IMG/VR virus record: IMGVR_UViG_3300032030_000013
Strand: one strand, 5' to 3'
Source of the DNA: a virus
Taxonomy: Duplodnaviria > Heunggongvirae > Uroviricota > Caudoviricetes
Length of the DNA stretch: 39,433 bases
Below, piece after piece: positions 8,272 through 16,648 of the stretch (the stretch's first letter is position 1; each line of letters starts with the position of its first letter). The notes beneath the pieces were generated by a model that worked only from the letters and a program-made list of their open reading frames with translations, was not told where the DNA came from and searched no databases. The position numbers and the translations under genes are program-made.

Positions 8272-8397
8272 TGATTATGGTTGGATTCGAACCAACGTAG
8301 CCCAGGGTAACTTACTTCCTCAGTTTAACTTTATCAAGAAACTTTCTAACGTTTTCAGCAGTGACCTGGTAGCACATCCAATCTGCTTCACATAACC
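8272..8397 (-). ncRNA. tRNA-like RNA with ~55-nt extension in the anticodon arm
   Basis: GGTTATG/CATAATC-A, CCAGG/CCTGG, GTTGG-TTCGAAT-CCAAC. Confidence 0.65.
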
Positions 8398-8412
8398 AAA
8401 AATCTATTTTTG

Positions 8413-8480
8413 TTTCTATACCCGGATTCGAACCGGAGACCTCTTGAACAAGCGCTCTTCCTTACTGAGCTATATAGAAA
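8413..8480 (-). ncRNA. tRNA-like RNA with truncated anticodon arm
   Basis: Normal acceptor, D and T arms; anticodon arm reduced to CTT-GTTC-AAG. Confidence 0.7.
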
Positions 8481-8574
8481 ATCCGCTTTCATAAAAACTA
8501 CCATACTCCATTATATACATACGGCCGATATTATATAACTTCATTACTCTCATTAATAATCCAACTTAAAAATG

Positions 8575-8645
8575 TTGGTCTACCGGGATTCGAACCCAGA
8601 ACAGAAGGACCAAAATCTTCCGTGTTACCATTACACCATAGACCA
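8575..8645 (-). tRNA. tRNA-Gln(TTG)
   Basis: U1:A72, TT-TTG-GT. Confidence 0.93.
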
Positions 8646-8897
8646 ATCTATAAAAATCCGGTACTATTCTCCTATAATGTTCATTTAAGTGTGAATCCTT
8701 GCTCTACATGTGGTGGGTCACTTTACCCTGATTTTCAAATTCCCATGGAAATTATCAATCCCTCATATATAGTACCTTTGTACTTTTACTGAATTATTGC
8801 TCCTTTTGCCTATTTAGGAGTATCGGCTGACTACGTTATAGAATTGGAATTGAACCTATTCTTCAATAATCCAGTGGATTTTATTTTCTATTGAGTT

Positions 8898-8913
8898 CAG
8901 TATTTCAAAGACC
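8898..8913 (-). promoter_or_regulatory. boxA-like element (variant)
   Basis: GGTCTTTGAAATACTG. Confidence 0.5.
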
Positions 8914-8916
8914 TAA

Positions 8917-9037
8917 ACATTTATAAATATTATTAGTATTCAAATATTAATCACATTTATTGTGATATACATTTATAAATATTATTAGTATTCAAATATT
9001 AATCACATTTATTGTGATATACATTTATAAATATTAT
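8917..9037. repeat. 52-bp tandem repeat, 2.3 copies
   Basis: ACATTTATAAATATTATTAGTATTCAAATATTAATCACATTTATTGTGATAT at 8917 and 8969, partial at 9021. Confidence 0.95.
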
Positions 9038-9060
9038 ATATTTTTAAATATTATATAAAT

Positions 9061-9088
9061 AATATAGTACTTTATTTTATAATTTTAA
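9061..9088 (-). promoter_or_regulatory. putative promoter
   Basis: TTAAAA-N16-TATATT. Confidence 0.5.
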
Positions 9089-9131
9089 ATTAATTAAGAA
9101 AATTTTTAAAAATATTATGTTTGTTTTATTT

Positions 9132-9171
9132 AAACAAATAAGTGGTTAGATTTTTGTTAATCCAACCACTT
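9132..9171 (-). terminator. intrinsic terminator (attenuator)
   Basis: AAGTGGTTGGATT-AACAAA-AATCTAACCACTT-ATTTGTTT. Confidence 0.75.
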
Positions 9172-9202
9172 GCATTTATATCATTTCTATTTTATTGTAC
9201 CC

Positions 9203-9316
9203 CTATATCTCAGAATCTCCATGCAAGTGGTCTTTACATAACGCATAATTCTTATTCCAAGTATTATTATCTAATATTTGGTCTAATATTTGTTTATATG
9301 TATTGACTTGTTGCAT
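9203..9316 (-). CDS. putative 37-aa leader peptide
   Basis: MQQVNTYKQILDQILDNNTWNKNYALCKDHLHGDSEI*; contains an 11-nt complement of the terminator 5' side. Confidence 0.55.
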   Translation of the reverse strand: MQQVNTYKQILDQILDNNTWNKNYALCKDHLHGDSEI

Positions 9317-9422
9317 TTGATATTTAATTAATTTAATTTATAATAAAAATATTCTAAGATTTTATATAAATAAATTAGATATTTTTTATAGAAAAATTCA
9401 AATAATTTATTTATTTTATATT

Positions 9423-10595
9423 TTATTTTAAGTTTTCTTCAATTTCTGAGATCATTTTCTTTACTTTCTGTACATATTCCTTAGCATCACGTATAGCTTC
9501 ATCTGATGAAGATGCATCATAATCCCAGTCTTTAAATTTTTCTTCATCCCATTCTTCTCCCTTTTCTTCAGCACGTTTCTTATAACGTTCCTTTGTACGT
9601 TCTGAATCTCTCTTATATTTCATTGCCTTATAAAATTGTTCATAAGCATAAGATACATAACGCATAAGATCATCTAAGCTAAAACGTTGATCCATGTTTT
9701 CTGGTTTAGACATTACCTTTTGGAATAAAGCAACCACTTCATCATTAGTCTTTTTGATTTCATCAAATAAAATATTTGGATCTGATTGAAGTTTCTGTGC
9801 TTTAATTTCTTTTACCATTGCACGATAACGACCTTGCTGTTGCTTAAGAAGATCACGTAAACTTCTTTCATCAAGATTAACAACTCCCTTTTGAGATTCT
9901 TCACGTTCTTTATGAAGTACATCATAGTCTTTAACCATATCTTCTTTGATTTCAAGGAAATATATGTCTAATCCTGAAACAACATCAATAGCTTCATCAA
10001 GTTTTAATGAGCGTTCTCCATACTTATATTTAGTTGCAGTCTTTTCTTGTACACCAGATTTATATCCTGTTGTTGGGAAATAATATACTCTTACGTCTCC
10101 TAAAGTTTTTACATAACCTTTTATGAAACAAACAACATCTTTAGTTCCTGGTTTACAACAAATTACATCAGCCATTATTTTCTTTTGATATACAGATCTT
10201 AATAACTTAATGAATTTCTTATCCCAATCTTCAGAATCTGCTTCAAAATATTGGAAGTCATCATCTTTAATTTCTGACCATTTTAAACCACGAATACCTG
10301 TCTTTTTATTATTTCCATATCTTGATGTTTCTGTTAATGGACCAAATATAGAAGCAAAAGATTTAGCAGTTTTTGTTGGAGAATAACCACGTCCTTCTTC
10401 TTTATAACGTTTTTCTGCTGCTTTATCATTTTCAGCATGTTTAGATTCTGCGTCTTTAATAGCTTTTGCTAAACTAGTCAATATTGATGATTGAAAACTT
10501 TCTGTTATAAGTTCATCAGCAATTAAATTAACTGTTTCTAAGAATATTGCTCTATCACAAGAATATTCTGACATATATTCACATAATTGTATCAT
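9423..10595 (-). CDS. hypothetical protein (390 aa, helical C-terminus)
   Basis: Long ORF, phage-like codon use; no motif recognised. Confidence 0.85.
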   Translation of the reverse strand: MIQLCEYMSEYSCDRAIFLETVNLIADELITESFQSSILTSLAKAIKDAESKHAENDKAAEKRYKEEGRGYSPTKTAKSFASIFGPLTETSRYGNNKKTGIRGLKWSEIKDDDFQYFEADSEDWDKKFIKLLRSVYQKKIMADVICCKPGTKDVVCFIKGYVKTLGDVRVYYFPTTGYKSGVQEKTATKYKYGERSLKLDEAIDVVSGLDIYFLEIKEDMVKDYDVLHKEREESQKGVVNLDERSLRDLLKQQQGRYRAMVKEIKAQKLQSDPNILFDEIKKTNDEVVALFQKVMSKPENMDQRFSLDDLMRYVSYAYEQFYKAMKYKRDSERTKERYKKRAEEKGEEWDEEKFKDWDYDASSSDEAIRDAKEYVQKVKKMISEIEENLK

Positions 10596-10696
10596 TTCTA
10601 AGTTTAATGTATTTATATATTAAAAATAAAAAAAGTTACATATATATTAATAAAATATATACATAACTTTATTGGGATATTTGTGTCAATTGCGAG

Positions 10697-10775
10697 TAGC
10701 CCAACTGGGATTCGAACCCAGACCCATAAGGACCGCTTTTGAGACGGCTGCGTAGACCAATTCCGCCATCGGGCC
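10697..10775 (-). tRNA. tRNA-Leu(CAA)
   Basis: CT-CAA-AA, Leu-type D loop. Confidence 0.92.
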
Positions 10776-10780
10776 AAAAT

Positions 10781-10851
10781 ATACTGAACTTAATGGAGTT
10801 GAACCATTCTGTAATTCTTTATCGCGCGCTATCACCGGATAAGTTCAGTAT
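10781..10851 (-). ncRNA. tRNA-like mini RNA (long acceptor-like stem plus T arm)
   Basis: ATACTGAACTT/AAGTTCAGTAT, AATGG-TTCAACT-CCATT. Confidence 0.55.
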
Positions 10852-10897
10852 TATATATTGATACAATTAAGAAATTTTATAAAGTTCATTAATAAAA

Positions 10898-11146
10898 TTA
10901 TGAAATTTTGTATAATTCATTATTGTCAATTGCTCGTCTTATCCATCTCATCAATATTAATGCTTTATCATAATGAGACATAAATGTAGCAGTTTCTCCA
11001 ACATCATGTTTATCTGACAAATCTATATCTAATGAATAGACAGTCCCATCTTCTACAGTTATATGATAAACTGCAATTCCACCAGATTTAACACAATCTA
11101 AAACAGCGGATCCTTTTACGATAGTTTTTAAATCATGAGTAATCAT
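10898..11146 (-). CDS. hypothetical protein (82 aa)
   Basis: Likely start MITHDLK with upstream AGAGG; the longer ORF call overlaps tRNA-Leu. Confidence 0.75.
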   Translation of the reverse strand: MITHDLKTIVKGSAVLDCVKSGGIAVYHITVEDGTVYSLDIDLSDKHDVGETATFMSHYDKALILMRWIRRAIDNNELYKIS

Positions 11147-11185
11147 AATAATACCTCTATATATTTTTCTTAAATTTGTTTGATG

Positions 11186-11265
11186 TGGGGTTAGTGGGAT
11201 TCGAACCCACACCCAATTAAGGACAGTGTCTTAGGCTGCTGCGTCGACCATTGCGCCATAACCCC
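11186..11265 (-). tRNA. tRNA-Leu(AAG)
   Basis: CT-AAG-AC, class II arm, A73. Confidence 0.88.
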
Positions 11266-11515
11266 ATTTTCTCTTTATTCTAACCTTCTGAATAAATGTA
11301 CTCGCGACATACAGATAATTCATACTTCTTGGTCTTACTTGAAATTATAAAGACGTTACCCCCCTCAGGGACATTCTTTACAATTTCTTTCAGCTTGATG
11401 ATTTCCTTTTTTCACAGGTAACGATAAATTCCTGTCATCAAGTCATTGAACAAAGAGTTAATTTGTAGTTTTATTTTAACCGGTTTAACTACATATAAAA
11501 ACGGTATCGTATTCG

Positions 11516-11589
11516 TAGGGCTGGTGAGAGTCGAACTCACGCTCCCTTGCTTGTAAGGCAAGTGCTTTAAACCACTAAGCTACAGCCCT
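11516..11589 (-). tRNA. tRNA-Val(TAC)
   Basis: CTTGC-CTTACAA-GCAAG. Confidence 0.94.
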
Positions 11590-11605
11590 ATATATTTTAA
11601 TTTTG

Positions 11606-11684
11606 TACCCCGCCTGGGACTCGAACCCAGACCCCTAAGGATAGCTTCTAAGGCTACTGACTATACCAATTCGTCTAGCAGGGT
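11606..11684 (-). tRNA. tRNA-Leu(TAG)
   Basis: GTAGC-CTTAGAA-GCTAT. Confidence 0.92.
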
Positions 11685-11708
11685 ATTATTAATATCAACA
11701 TTTATAGA

Positions 11709-11767
11709 TGGTTACGTTGGAATCGAACCAAATAGCTAGCATACATGTACCATTTACTGCGTAACCA
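11709..11767 (-). ncRNA. 59-nt tRNA-like mini RNA lacking a proper anticodon arm
   Basis: GGTTACG/CGTAACC-A, GTA-AATGG-TAC, TTGG-TTCGATT-CCAA. Confidence 0.6.
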
Positions 11768-11777
11768 ATTTAATTTG

Positions 11778-11846
11778 TCAGGGGTGATTGAGTTAAACAA
11801 CCGTCTCATAGTAAAATCCATGGCTCTATCGTTGAGCTAACCCCCG
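11778..11846 (-). tRNA. degenerate tRNA-like RNA
   Basis: TAGCTC..GAGC D arm, 6-nt anticodon loop ATTTTA, atypical T loop. Confidence 0.45.
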
Positions 11847-12082
11847 ATACACGTGGCTCTTTCGAGTTTCGTGAAAGATATGGTATCTTTCTGAGGTTCC
11901 TCGCCCTCTATAGGATGTGGTACATATCTGAAGATACAGGTACAACAACTCTAACTAACGCTTCTATAGATTCCTCAGACCACGCACTTAAGGAACAGAA
12001 CGTACGATTTCTCCTAACACCATAATATTAGGCTACTTCGATTCATAGGCCTGTGCACCAACCTATGACGGCATGCTTTAAT

Positions 12083-12403
12083 TTATAAACCCATTTGTTT
12101 TTGGTATTCTTTATCTCTTCTGTCTATTTCTGACAAAGGTGATACACCAGCATTTAATAATTCTATTTTTTCAAATCCATTTTCTTTAGTAATTAATGAA
12201 TCTTTCTCTGGTACGCATCCTTCATATCGTTCTCCGTATGATCCTGTCATTTTCTTAGTTGCAGGATCCAAATCTCCCCAATCAGCAGAATGAGTATTAC
12301 CTATAGGTTCTATAAAATATTTCTTTCCTGTGATTTTTGATTTAACAATAAAACGACCAGTCTTATCACTATCTTTCAAAAATCTATTATCATCTATTTT
12401 CAT
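12083..12403 (-). CDS. hypothetical protein (106 aa, DWGD motif)
   Basis: ORF with coding-like composition between RNA genes, same strand as the array. Confidence 0.8.
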   Translation of the reverse strand: MKIDDNRFLKDSDKTGRFIVKSKITGKKYFIEPIGNTHSADWGDLDPATKKMTGSYGERYEGCVPEKDSLITKENGFEKIELLNAGVSPLSEIDRRDKEYQKQMGL

Positions 12404-12426
12404 TTTCTCTACATATTATATATCTG

Positions 12427-12517
12427 CGGAGACGGCCGGACTCGAACCGACACACCGTTATTCACGATTACTAGTAGTTTTCAAGACTACTGCCTTACCA
12501 ATTAGGCTTACATCTCC
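12427..12517 (-). tRNA. tRNA-Ser(TGA)
   Basis: GGAG start, CT-TGA-AA, long arm, G73. Confidence 0.95.
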
Positions 12518-12665
12518 AAAATAATACCTTTACATTCCACTATCCCGTACAACTCTAATATTTTGCCTTGATGAATGATACACTAATGTATGTTGCTACA
12601 CATTGGTTGCCTACGGTAACTTCTTCTATTTATTAAGATAGATGTTTCCTTCAAGATATTCACGA

Positions 12666-12749
12666 GGTGGTATGTTGGATTCGAACCAACGTGAGCTCTC
12701 GCTACCAGGACCACAATCTGGCGTCATCGGCCACTAGACGAATACCACC
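12666..12749 (-). tRNA. tRNA-His(GTG) with long variable arm
   Basis: G-1:C73, TT-GTG-GT, extra arm AGC-GAGA-GCT. Confidence 0.88.
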
Positions 12750-12914
12750 ATATATAAAATCATCTTACACAGACTATTTCAAGTCATCCTTAACGCCATG
12801 AAACTAGAAGGTTCTATTTAAATAGAAATGGCATCCAACTGTTCTCCTCTCTGAATATCCATATTCTTTGCCATTAGAATATAGTTCTTTTCAGACCCTC
12901 AGATGATTTTATTG

Positions 12915-12989
12915 GGTATCGTGTCAGATTCGAACCGACATCTCAGTGATTCACAGTCACCGCCTTTTACCAGTTAAGTTAACGACACC
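12915..12989 (-). tRNA. tRNA-His(GTG)
   Basis: G-1:C73, CT-GTG-AA. Confidence 0.9.
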
Positions 12990-13193
12990 ATATTAAATCA
13001 GGTCAACCGCGCTCCCTGATATGTCCCGATACGTTTTTCATCATATTCAAGGCATATGACTGCACAAGCTGCGAGGGCGGGATTTCAACGTAAACCTCGG
13101 TACGGCCCTAAGCGGATTTATAAGAGGCCTCAGGGGTATCCTCTATTGGAGCAGGGCGGACATGCTGCGTACCTCACAGCTCCCTGCATATTG

Positions 13194-13265
13194 AGCAGCG
13201 TACCAGATTCGAACTGGCTCCTTAAGAATGGCGATCTCATATGCAACCATAAACACCTACACTGC
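13194..13265 (-). tRNA. tRNA-Gly(GCC)
   Basis: TC-GCC-AT (C33 instead of U33), U73. Confidence 0.85.
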
Positions 13266-13414
13266 ATTATTCGGTTTTCCTTAGATCCGAAAACTTAGTT
13301 CCGTGTCACGCCATCTGAACCCTCGCCTATGCATACTTCCTATATAATATATATTACGTAATTCAATTATATAGTCATAGGATATTTCTTTAAAGAAATA
13401 ATCAAAGAAGTTTG

Positions 13415-13545
13415 TCGCGGAGGTTGGACTCGAACCAACATAATCTTTTTCCAAATAAAAGCGTGTATACCGAAGTAACTCTAATCTACAGCATTCATAT
13501 TGAAGCAACAGCGAATAAAGTATTAAAAAATTTCACCACTCCGCG
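13415..13545 (-). tRNA. tRNA (Gln TTG or Pro TGG register) with Y-module insertion (~13472..13528) in the D loop
   Basis: CGCGGAG/CTCCGCG-A; GTGAAATT[insert ending AGAGTTACTTC]GGTATACAC. Confidence 0.75.
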
Positions 13546-13635
13546 AAATAAATAGTCTCTCCTATTAGTCACAACATTTTTTCTTAACCTTAAGTAATTA
13601 TAAATTACGCAGGAAACCTTGTTAAACCTGCCGTG

Positions 13636-13709
13636 TAGCCCCCACGGGATTCGAACCCGTTATTCCGGCTTGAGAGACCGACGACTTAAACCAATCTGTC
13701 CCGAGGGCC
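13636..13709 (-). tRNA. tRNA-Glu(CTC)
   Basis: CT-CTC-AA. Confidence 0.9.
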
Positions 13710-13721
13710 ATCAATTAAGAA

Positions 13722-13797
13722 TGGAGCATCTGATGGGAGTCGAACCCACGTCTTAGGCTTGGAAGGCGAACGTACTGAACCGTTATACGACAGATGC
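13722..13797 (-). tRNA. tRNA-Gly(TCC), encoded CCA
   Basis: CT-TCC-AA, ends TCCA. Confidence 0.92.
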
Positions 13798-13972
13798 ATT
13801 ATATAGGCACCGTATTATATCATTAATATAATTTAAATTTTAATATAAAACGGTGCCCACATTAAAGACAGTTTTTAATATTTGATGAAATTAATCATTC
13901 AAACTCCTATGAAGGATTTAACGTGGAGAACCTTGGGAGCACCCTTCGTTACCAAACTCCATTACTAATGCG

Positions 13973-14045
13973 AGCGGCTGATGGGAGTCGAACCCACGTC
14001 ACTGGCTTGGAAGGCGAGTATAATAAACCGTTATACGACAGCCGC
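13973..14045 (-). tRNA. tRNA-Gly(TCC)
   Basis: CT-TCC-AA, U73. Confidence 0.92.
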
Positions 14046-14073
14046 ATATAATATCTTTATATTAATATAAATG

Positions 14074-14149
14074 TACCGAGGGTGAGGGTCGAACTCACGT
14101 GAACCAACTAACCTTTCAACGCCTTATGAGAGCGAGGGTATACCTCGGC
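14074..14149 (-). tRNA. rewired tRNA-like RNA, anticodon CAT (Ile2-like)
   Basis: Same layout as 2524..2600: GCCGAGG-TAT-ACC-CT-CGCT/CTCATAA/GGCG-TTGAAA-GGT-TAGTTGG-T arm. Confidence 0.75.
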
Positions 14150-14150
14150 A

Positions 14151-14380
14151 TGGTCGGGAACCACTGACTTTCACAGGACCTCTACCCACCCACGGGTAGC
14201 GCAGTATGTTCGCATTTTCAAATTCAATTTCGTAAGTTAGCTATTCTTATTACTTTATCTTTCTGTCATTACTTATCATTATTATAAATATTATTGATCT
14301 CGAGAACTTTCAGTCTAATTGCGGCCTTACGCAAATATTTATAAATAATAACTTTCATACGAATCATTTTGCTAATTCCC
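14151..14380 (-). ncRNA. 230-nt tRNA-like RNA with ~165-nt D-loop insertion, ends in CCA
   Basis: GGGAAT/GTTCCC, TAGCA...TGC-G, CTACCC/GGGTAG arm, CTG-TGAAAGT-CAG T-like arm. Confidence 0.55.
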
Positions 14381-14384
14381 AAAG

Positions 14385-14458
14385 TTGGGGCACCGTGACT
14401 CGAACACGGGACTTTCAACGTATCAGATTGACACTCTAACCAACTGAGTTATGCCCCA
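14385..14458 (-). tRNA. tRNA-Ile(GAT)
   Basis: CT-GAT-AC. Confidence 0.93.
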
Positions 14459-14464
14459 ATTAAA

Positions 14465-14562
14465 AAGTAAGTAATTTTATATATTAATGCATTAAATATA
14501 TACGAAGTGTGCTACCGTTACACTAAGGAGTCGAACCTATCCTCTTCAAATATTACTTACTT
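14465..14562 (-). ncRNA. permuted tRNA-elbow mimic (T arm directly followed by D arm, no acceptor)
   Basis: AAGTAAGTAAT/ATTACTTACTT closes GAAG..AGG-TTCGACT-CCT-TA-GTGT-AACGGTA-GCAC-A-CTTC. Confidence 0.65.
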
Positions 14563-14564
14563 AG

Positions 14565-14638
14565 TTGGGCTACCGGGATTCGAACCCAGACCTTCAGCTT
14601 CAAAGGCTGACGTGCTAACCGTTACACAGCATAGCCCA
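14565..14638 (-). tRNA. tRNA-Gln(TTG)
   Basis: TCAGC-CTTTGAA-GCTGA. Confidence 0.92.
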
Positions 14639-14716
14639 ATTATAAATATAAGGCTCTTCCCGTAATGTGGGCTTGTACTTTCGGACTACCTGACACCAAT
14701 TCGTCACCTTATATTG

Positions 14717-14790
14717 TTGGGATATCCGGATTCGAACCGAAACCTGCGGAGTCAGAGTCCGCTGTACTAACCATTATACTGTATATCCCA
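14717..14790 (-). tRNA. tRNA-Gln(CTG)
   Basis: GCGGA-CTCTGAC-TCCGC. Confidence 0.92.
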
Positions 14791-14800
14791 ATTTAATTTG

Positions 14801-14873
14801 TGGGGCCACCCGGGTATGATCCGGGATCTTATCCTTATCAGGGATAAATCCTTACCAGTTAGACGACAGCCCT
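14801..14873 (-). tRNA. tRNA-Ile(GAT), atypical T loop
   Basis: TATCC-CTGATAA-GGATA; T loop ATCATAC. Confidence 0.82.
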
Positions 14874-15100
14874 AAATTTGAGGTTTATGGATAACCTCAA
14901 AAACCCGCAGCGTTTTAGTAAGCGACTTAAATAAAAGTTCTGTTCCATCTCGCCCAATGTATTAAAGCTCAAGCCTTTGGGAGTTCTTTACTTATGTACA
15001 CTCGATTATGACAACTCCGGCAAGTGATATGTGGTAAATTTCCGGATAACCCATATCTCTAATGCCAACTTTACCTATCGTCTAGGATAATGAACTTTTG

Positions 15101-15172
15101 TAGGGCCACGGAGACTCGAACTCCGATGACCAGGTTGAAAACCTGAGATCCTGACCGTTAGATGACAGCCCC
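15101..15172 (-). tRNA. tRNA-Glu(TTC)
   Basis: TT-TTC-AA. Confidence 0.92.
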
Positions 15173-15179
15173 ATATTAA

Positions 15180-15253
15180 AATTCCTGTAATAAGCGAATA
15201 AAGTATTTTTAAAGACCCATTCTTGAAGTAACTCTATTCTTCAACAAGGAATT
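15180..15253 (-). ncRNA. stand-alone Y-RNA-like module
   Basis: AATTCCT/AGGAATT, GTTGAAG, GAATAGAGT/ACTTTATTC, TTACTTC. Confidence 0.75.
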
Positions 15254-15254
15254 G

Positions 15255-15326
15255 TACTCGGTACGAGATTCGAACTCGTATGGCAAGAATGAAAATCTTG
15301 AATCCTAACCCTTAGATGAACCGAGC
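15255..15326 (-). tRNA. tRNA-Glu(TTC)
   Basis: CAAGA-TTTTCAT-TCTTG. Confidence 0.92.
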
Positions 15327-15329
15327 ATA

Positions 15330-15398
15330 AATTGATAGAATAATCGTAGAAAGTATTTAAGCATTCCTAGAAGTAACTCTCTACTACACTAATCAATT
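15330..15398 (-). ncRNA. stand-alone Y-RNA-like module
   Basis: AATTGAT/ATCAATT, GTAGAGAGT/ACTTTCTAC, TTACTTC. Confidence 0.75.
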
Positions 15399-15420
15399 AA
15401 ATTTGCCAAGATTGAGATCG

Positions 15421-15504
15421 TAGGGGCGACGCGACTCGAACGCGCATAGGCCGAAGCTTCCGCATCCCAAATGCGGGCGGGTACCAATTACCGGTTACAC
15501 CCCT
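15421..15504 (-). tRNA. tRNA-Pro(TGG) with extended variable region
   Basis: CCGCA-TTTGGGA-TGCGG, GC-TTCG-GC extra arm. Confidence 0.88.
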
Positions 15505-15570
15505 AAATATTCAAGAAACTTATTAATTTTTTCTATCATTAATAATTACTACATTCCGATTATATAATAA

Positions 15571-15599
15571 TAAATAGATATTATCATTATATTTTTCAA
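15571..15599 (-). promoter_or_regulatory. putative promoter
   Basis: TTGAAA-N17-TATTTA. Confidence 0.5.
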
Positions 15600-15964
15600 A
15601 AATAAATGTTAACTATTTCTCTTCAAGTTATTGATATTTTACGGCCGATATTCAATATCATAACATAGCTTGCATGTTTCCCATTCAGCTGTTTAAGGAG
15701 CTACCTTAAATCTCGGTGGGCAATTTCCTAACATTTATTTGTTATACGGTATTCTATCTTAAACTATCAAACCTTGCGGGCCATACTAGGTGTCTCACCA
15801 CGTATCTCCGTATATAAGATAATTGTAATCTTCTCACTTTCCTCGTCTCACTATGGGGTTCGTAGCTATCGACCACATAGGTCTTACCGAGTCCTATACC
15901 ATATTGGAGCTGGACTTGCAGCTGCTTTAACGTTTGTCCGCAGGTCTTGAAAATTACAATTAGG

Positions 15965-16044
15965 TCAGGGAGACAGGACTCGAACCTGCATAACTTAATC
16001 TCGCTTCCAAAGCGAGTCGGTCACCTATTACCGGCTACACCCTG
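15965..16044 (-). tRNA. tRNA-Pro(TGG)
   Basis: C1:G72, A73, CTCGC-TTTGGAA-GCGAG. Confidence 0.9.
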
Positions 16045-16332
16045 ATTAATATAAATCTTTCCAAATCCTCATACTTAATATTTCCTCTACATTCCGCGTA
16101 GGCGAGGTACTTCTTGGCGCCTTAAGTACAAGATAGCTCTAAGATAATGAAAACAACTATAGGACACGTGTTAAATTAAAATAATTGTTTTCAGAGCTTA
16201 CTCAACCAATGTTGAGCTTAAATAGTTTTAGACTTAGATACACGTCTGGGACTTTTACTAAATTTACTCTAAGTCTTTATAATATAAATTACAACATATT
16301 TTCCATAGCATTTTTGGCTGTAATCTATATTG

Positions 16333-16407
16333 TGGGTCCGACTTGAGTTGAACAAGTGCCTTCGGATTTTCAGTCCGACGAGCGACAACCACCTACACCA
16401 CAGACCC
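16333..16407 (-). tRNA. tRNA-Phe(GAA)
   Basis: TCGGA-CTGAAAA-TCCGA. Confidence 0.9.
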
Positions 16408-16412
16408 AAAAT

Positions 16413-16553
16413 AAAATTATCGGAACAGCTATAAAAGTATAAATAAATATCGATTCTCTTGGATTCGAACCAAGGATTCAATTCTGGAAAAATTGCATTA
16501 AAACCACTTAATTAAAAATCGTGAAGTAACTCTTATATACACCAGATAATTTT
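16413..16553 (-). ncRNA. Y-RNA-like module enclosing a complete tRNA-Gly(TCC)-like cloverleaf
   Basis: TATAAGAGT/ACTTTTATA stem; inside CGATTTT/AGAATCG, ATTA-AGTGGTTT-TAAT, CAATT-TTTCCAG-AATTG, CTTGG-TTCGAAT-CCAAG. Confidence 0.75.
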
Positions 16554-16554
16554 G

Positions 16555-16641
16555 AGGCCAGGGTGGGATTTGAACCCACGCGGGAATTTCTTCCAATAGT
16601 TTTGCAGACTACTCTCATCAACCAGACTCGGGCACCTGACC
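16555..16641 (-). tRNA. tRNA-Cys(GCA) with long variable arm
   Basis: CT-GCA-AA, U73, extra arm GGAA-GAAA-TTCC. Confidence 0.88.
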
Positions 16642-16648
16642 AAATATA

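Noticed and set aside
8917-9037. CRISPR array
   Set aside because: Head-to-tail identical units with no unique spacers. The dispersed GAAGTAACTCT motif is also irregularly spaced and is part of an RNA stem
11147-11212. N-terminal extension of ORF 10898..11212
   Set aside because: Overlaps tRNA-Leu(AAG); the ATG at 11146 is the more plausible start
16060-16130. HDV-like theta ribozyme (GTA-CCTCGCC-TAC resembles P3/L3)
   Set aside because: Could not build convincing P1, P2 or J4/2, and it is not at a tRNA 3' end; a descriptor search is needed to exclude it fully
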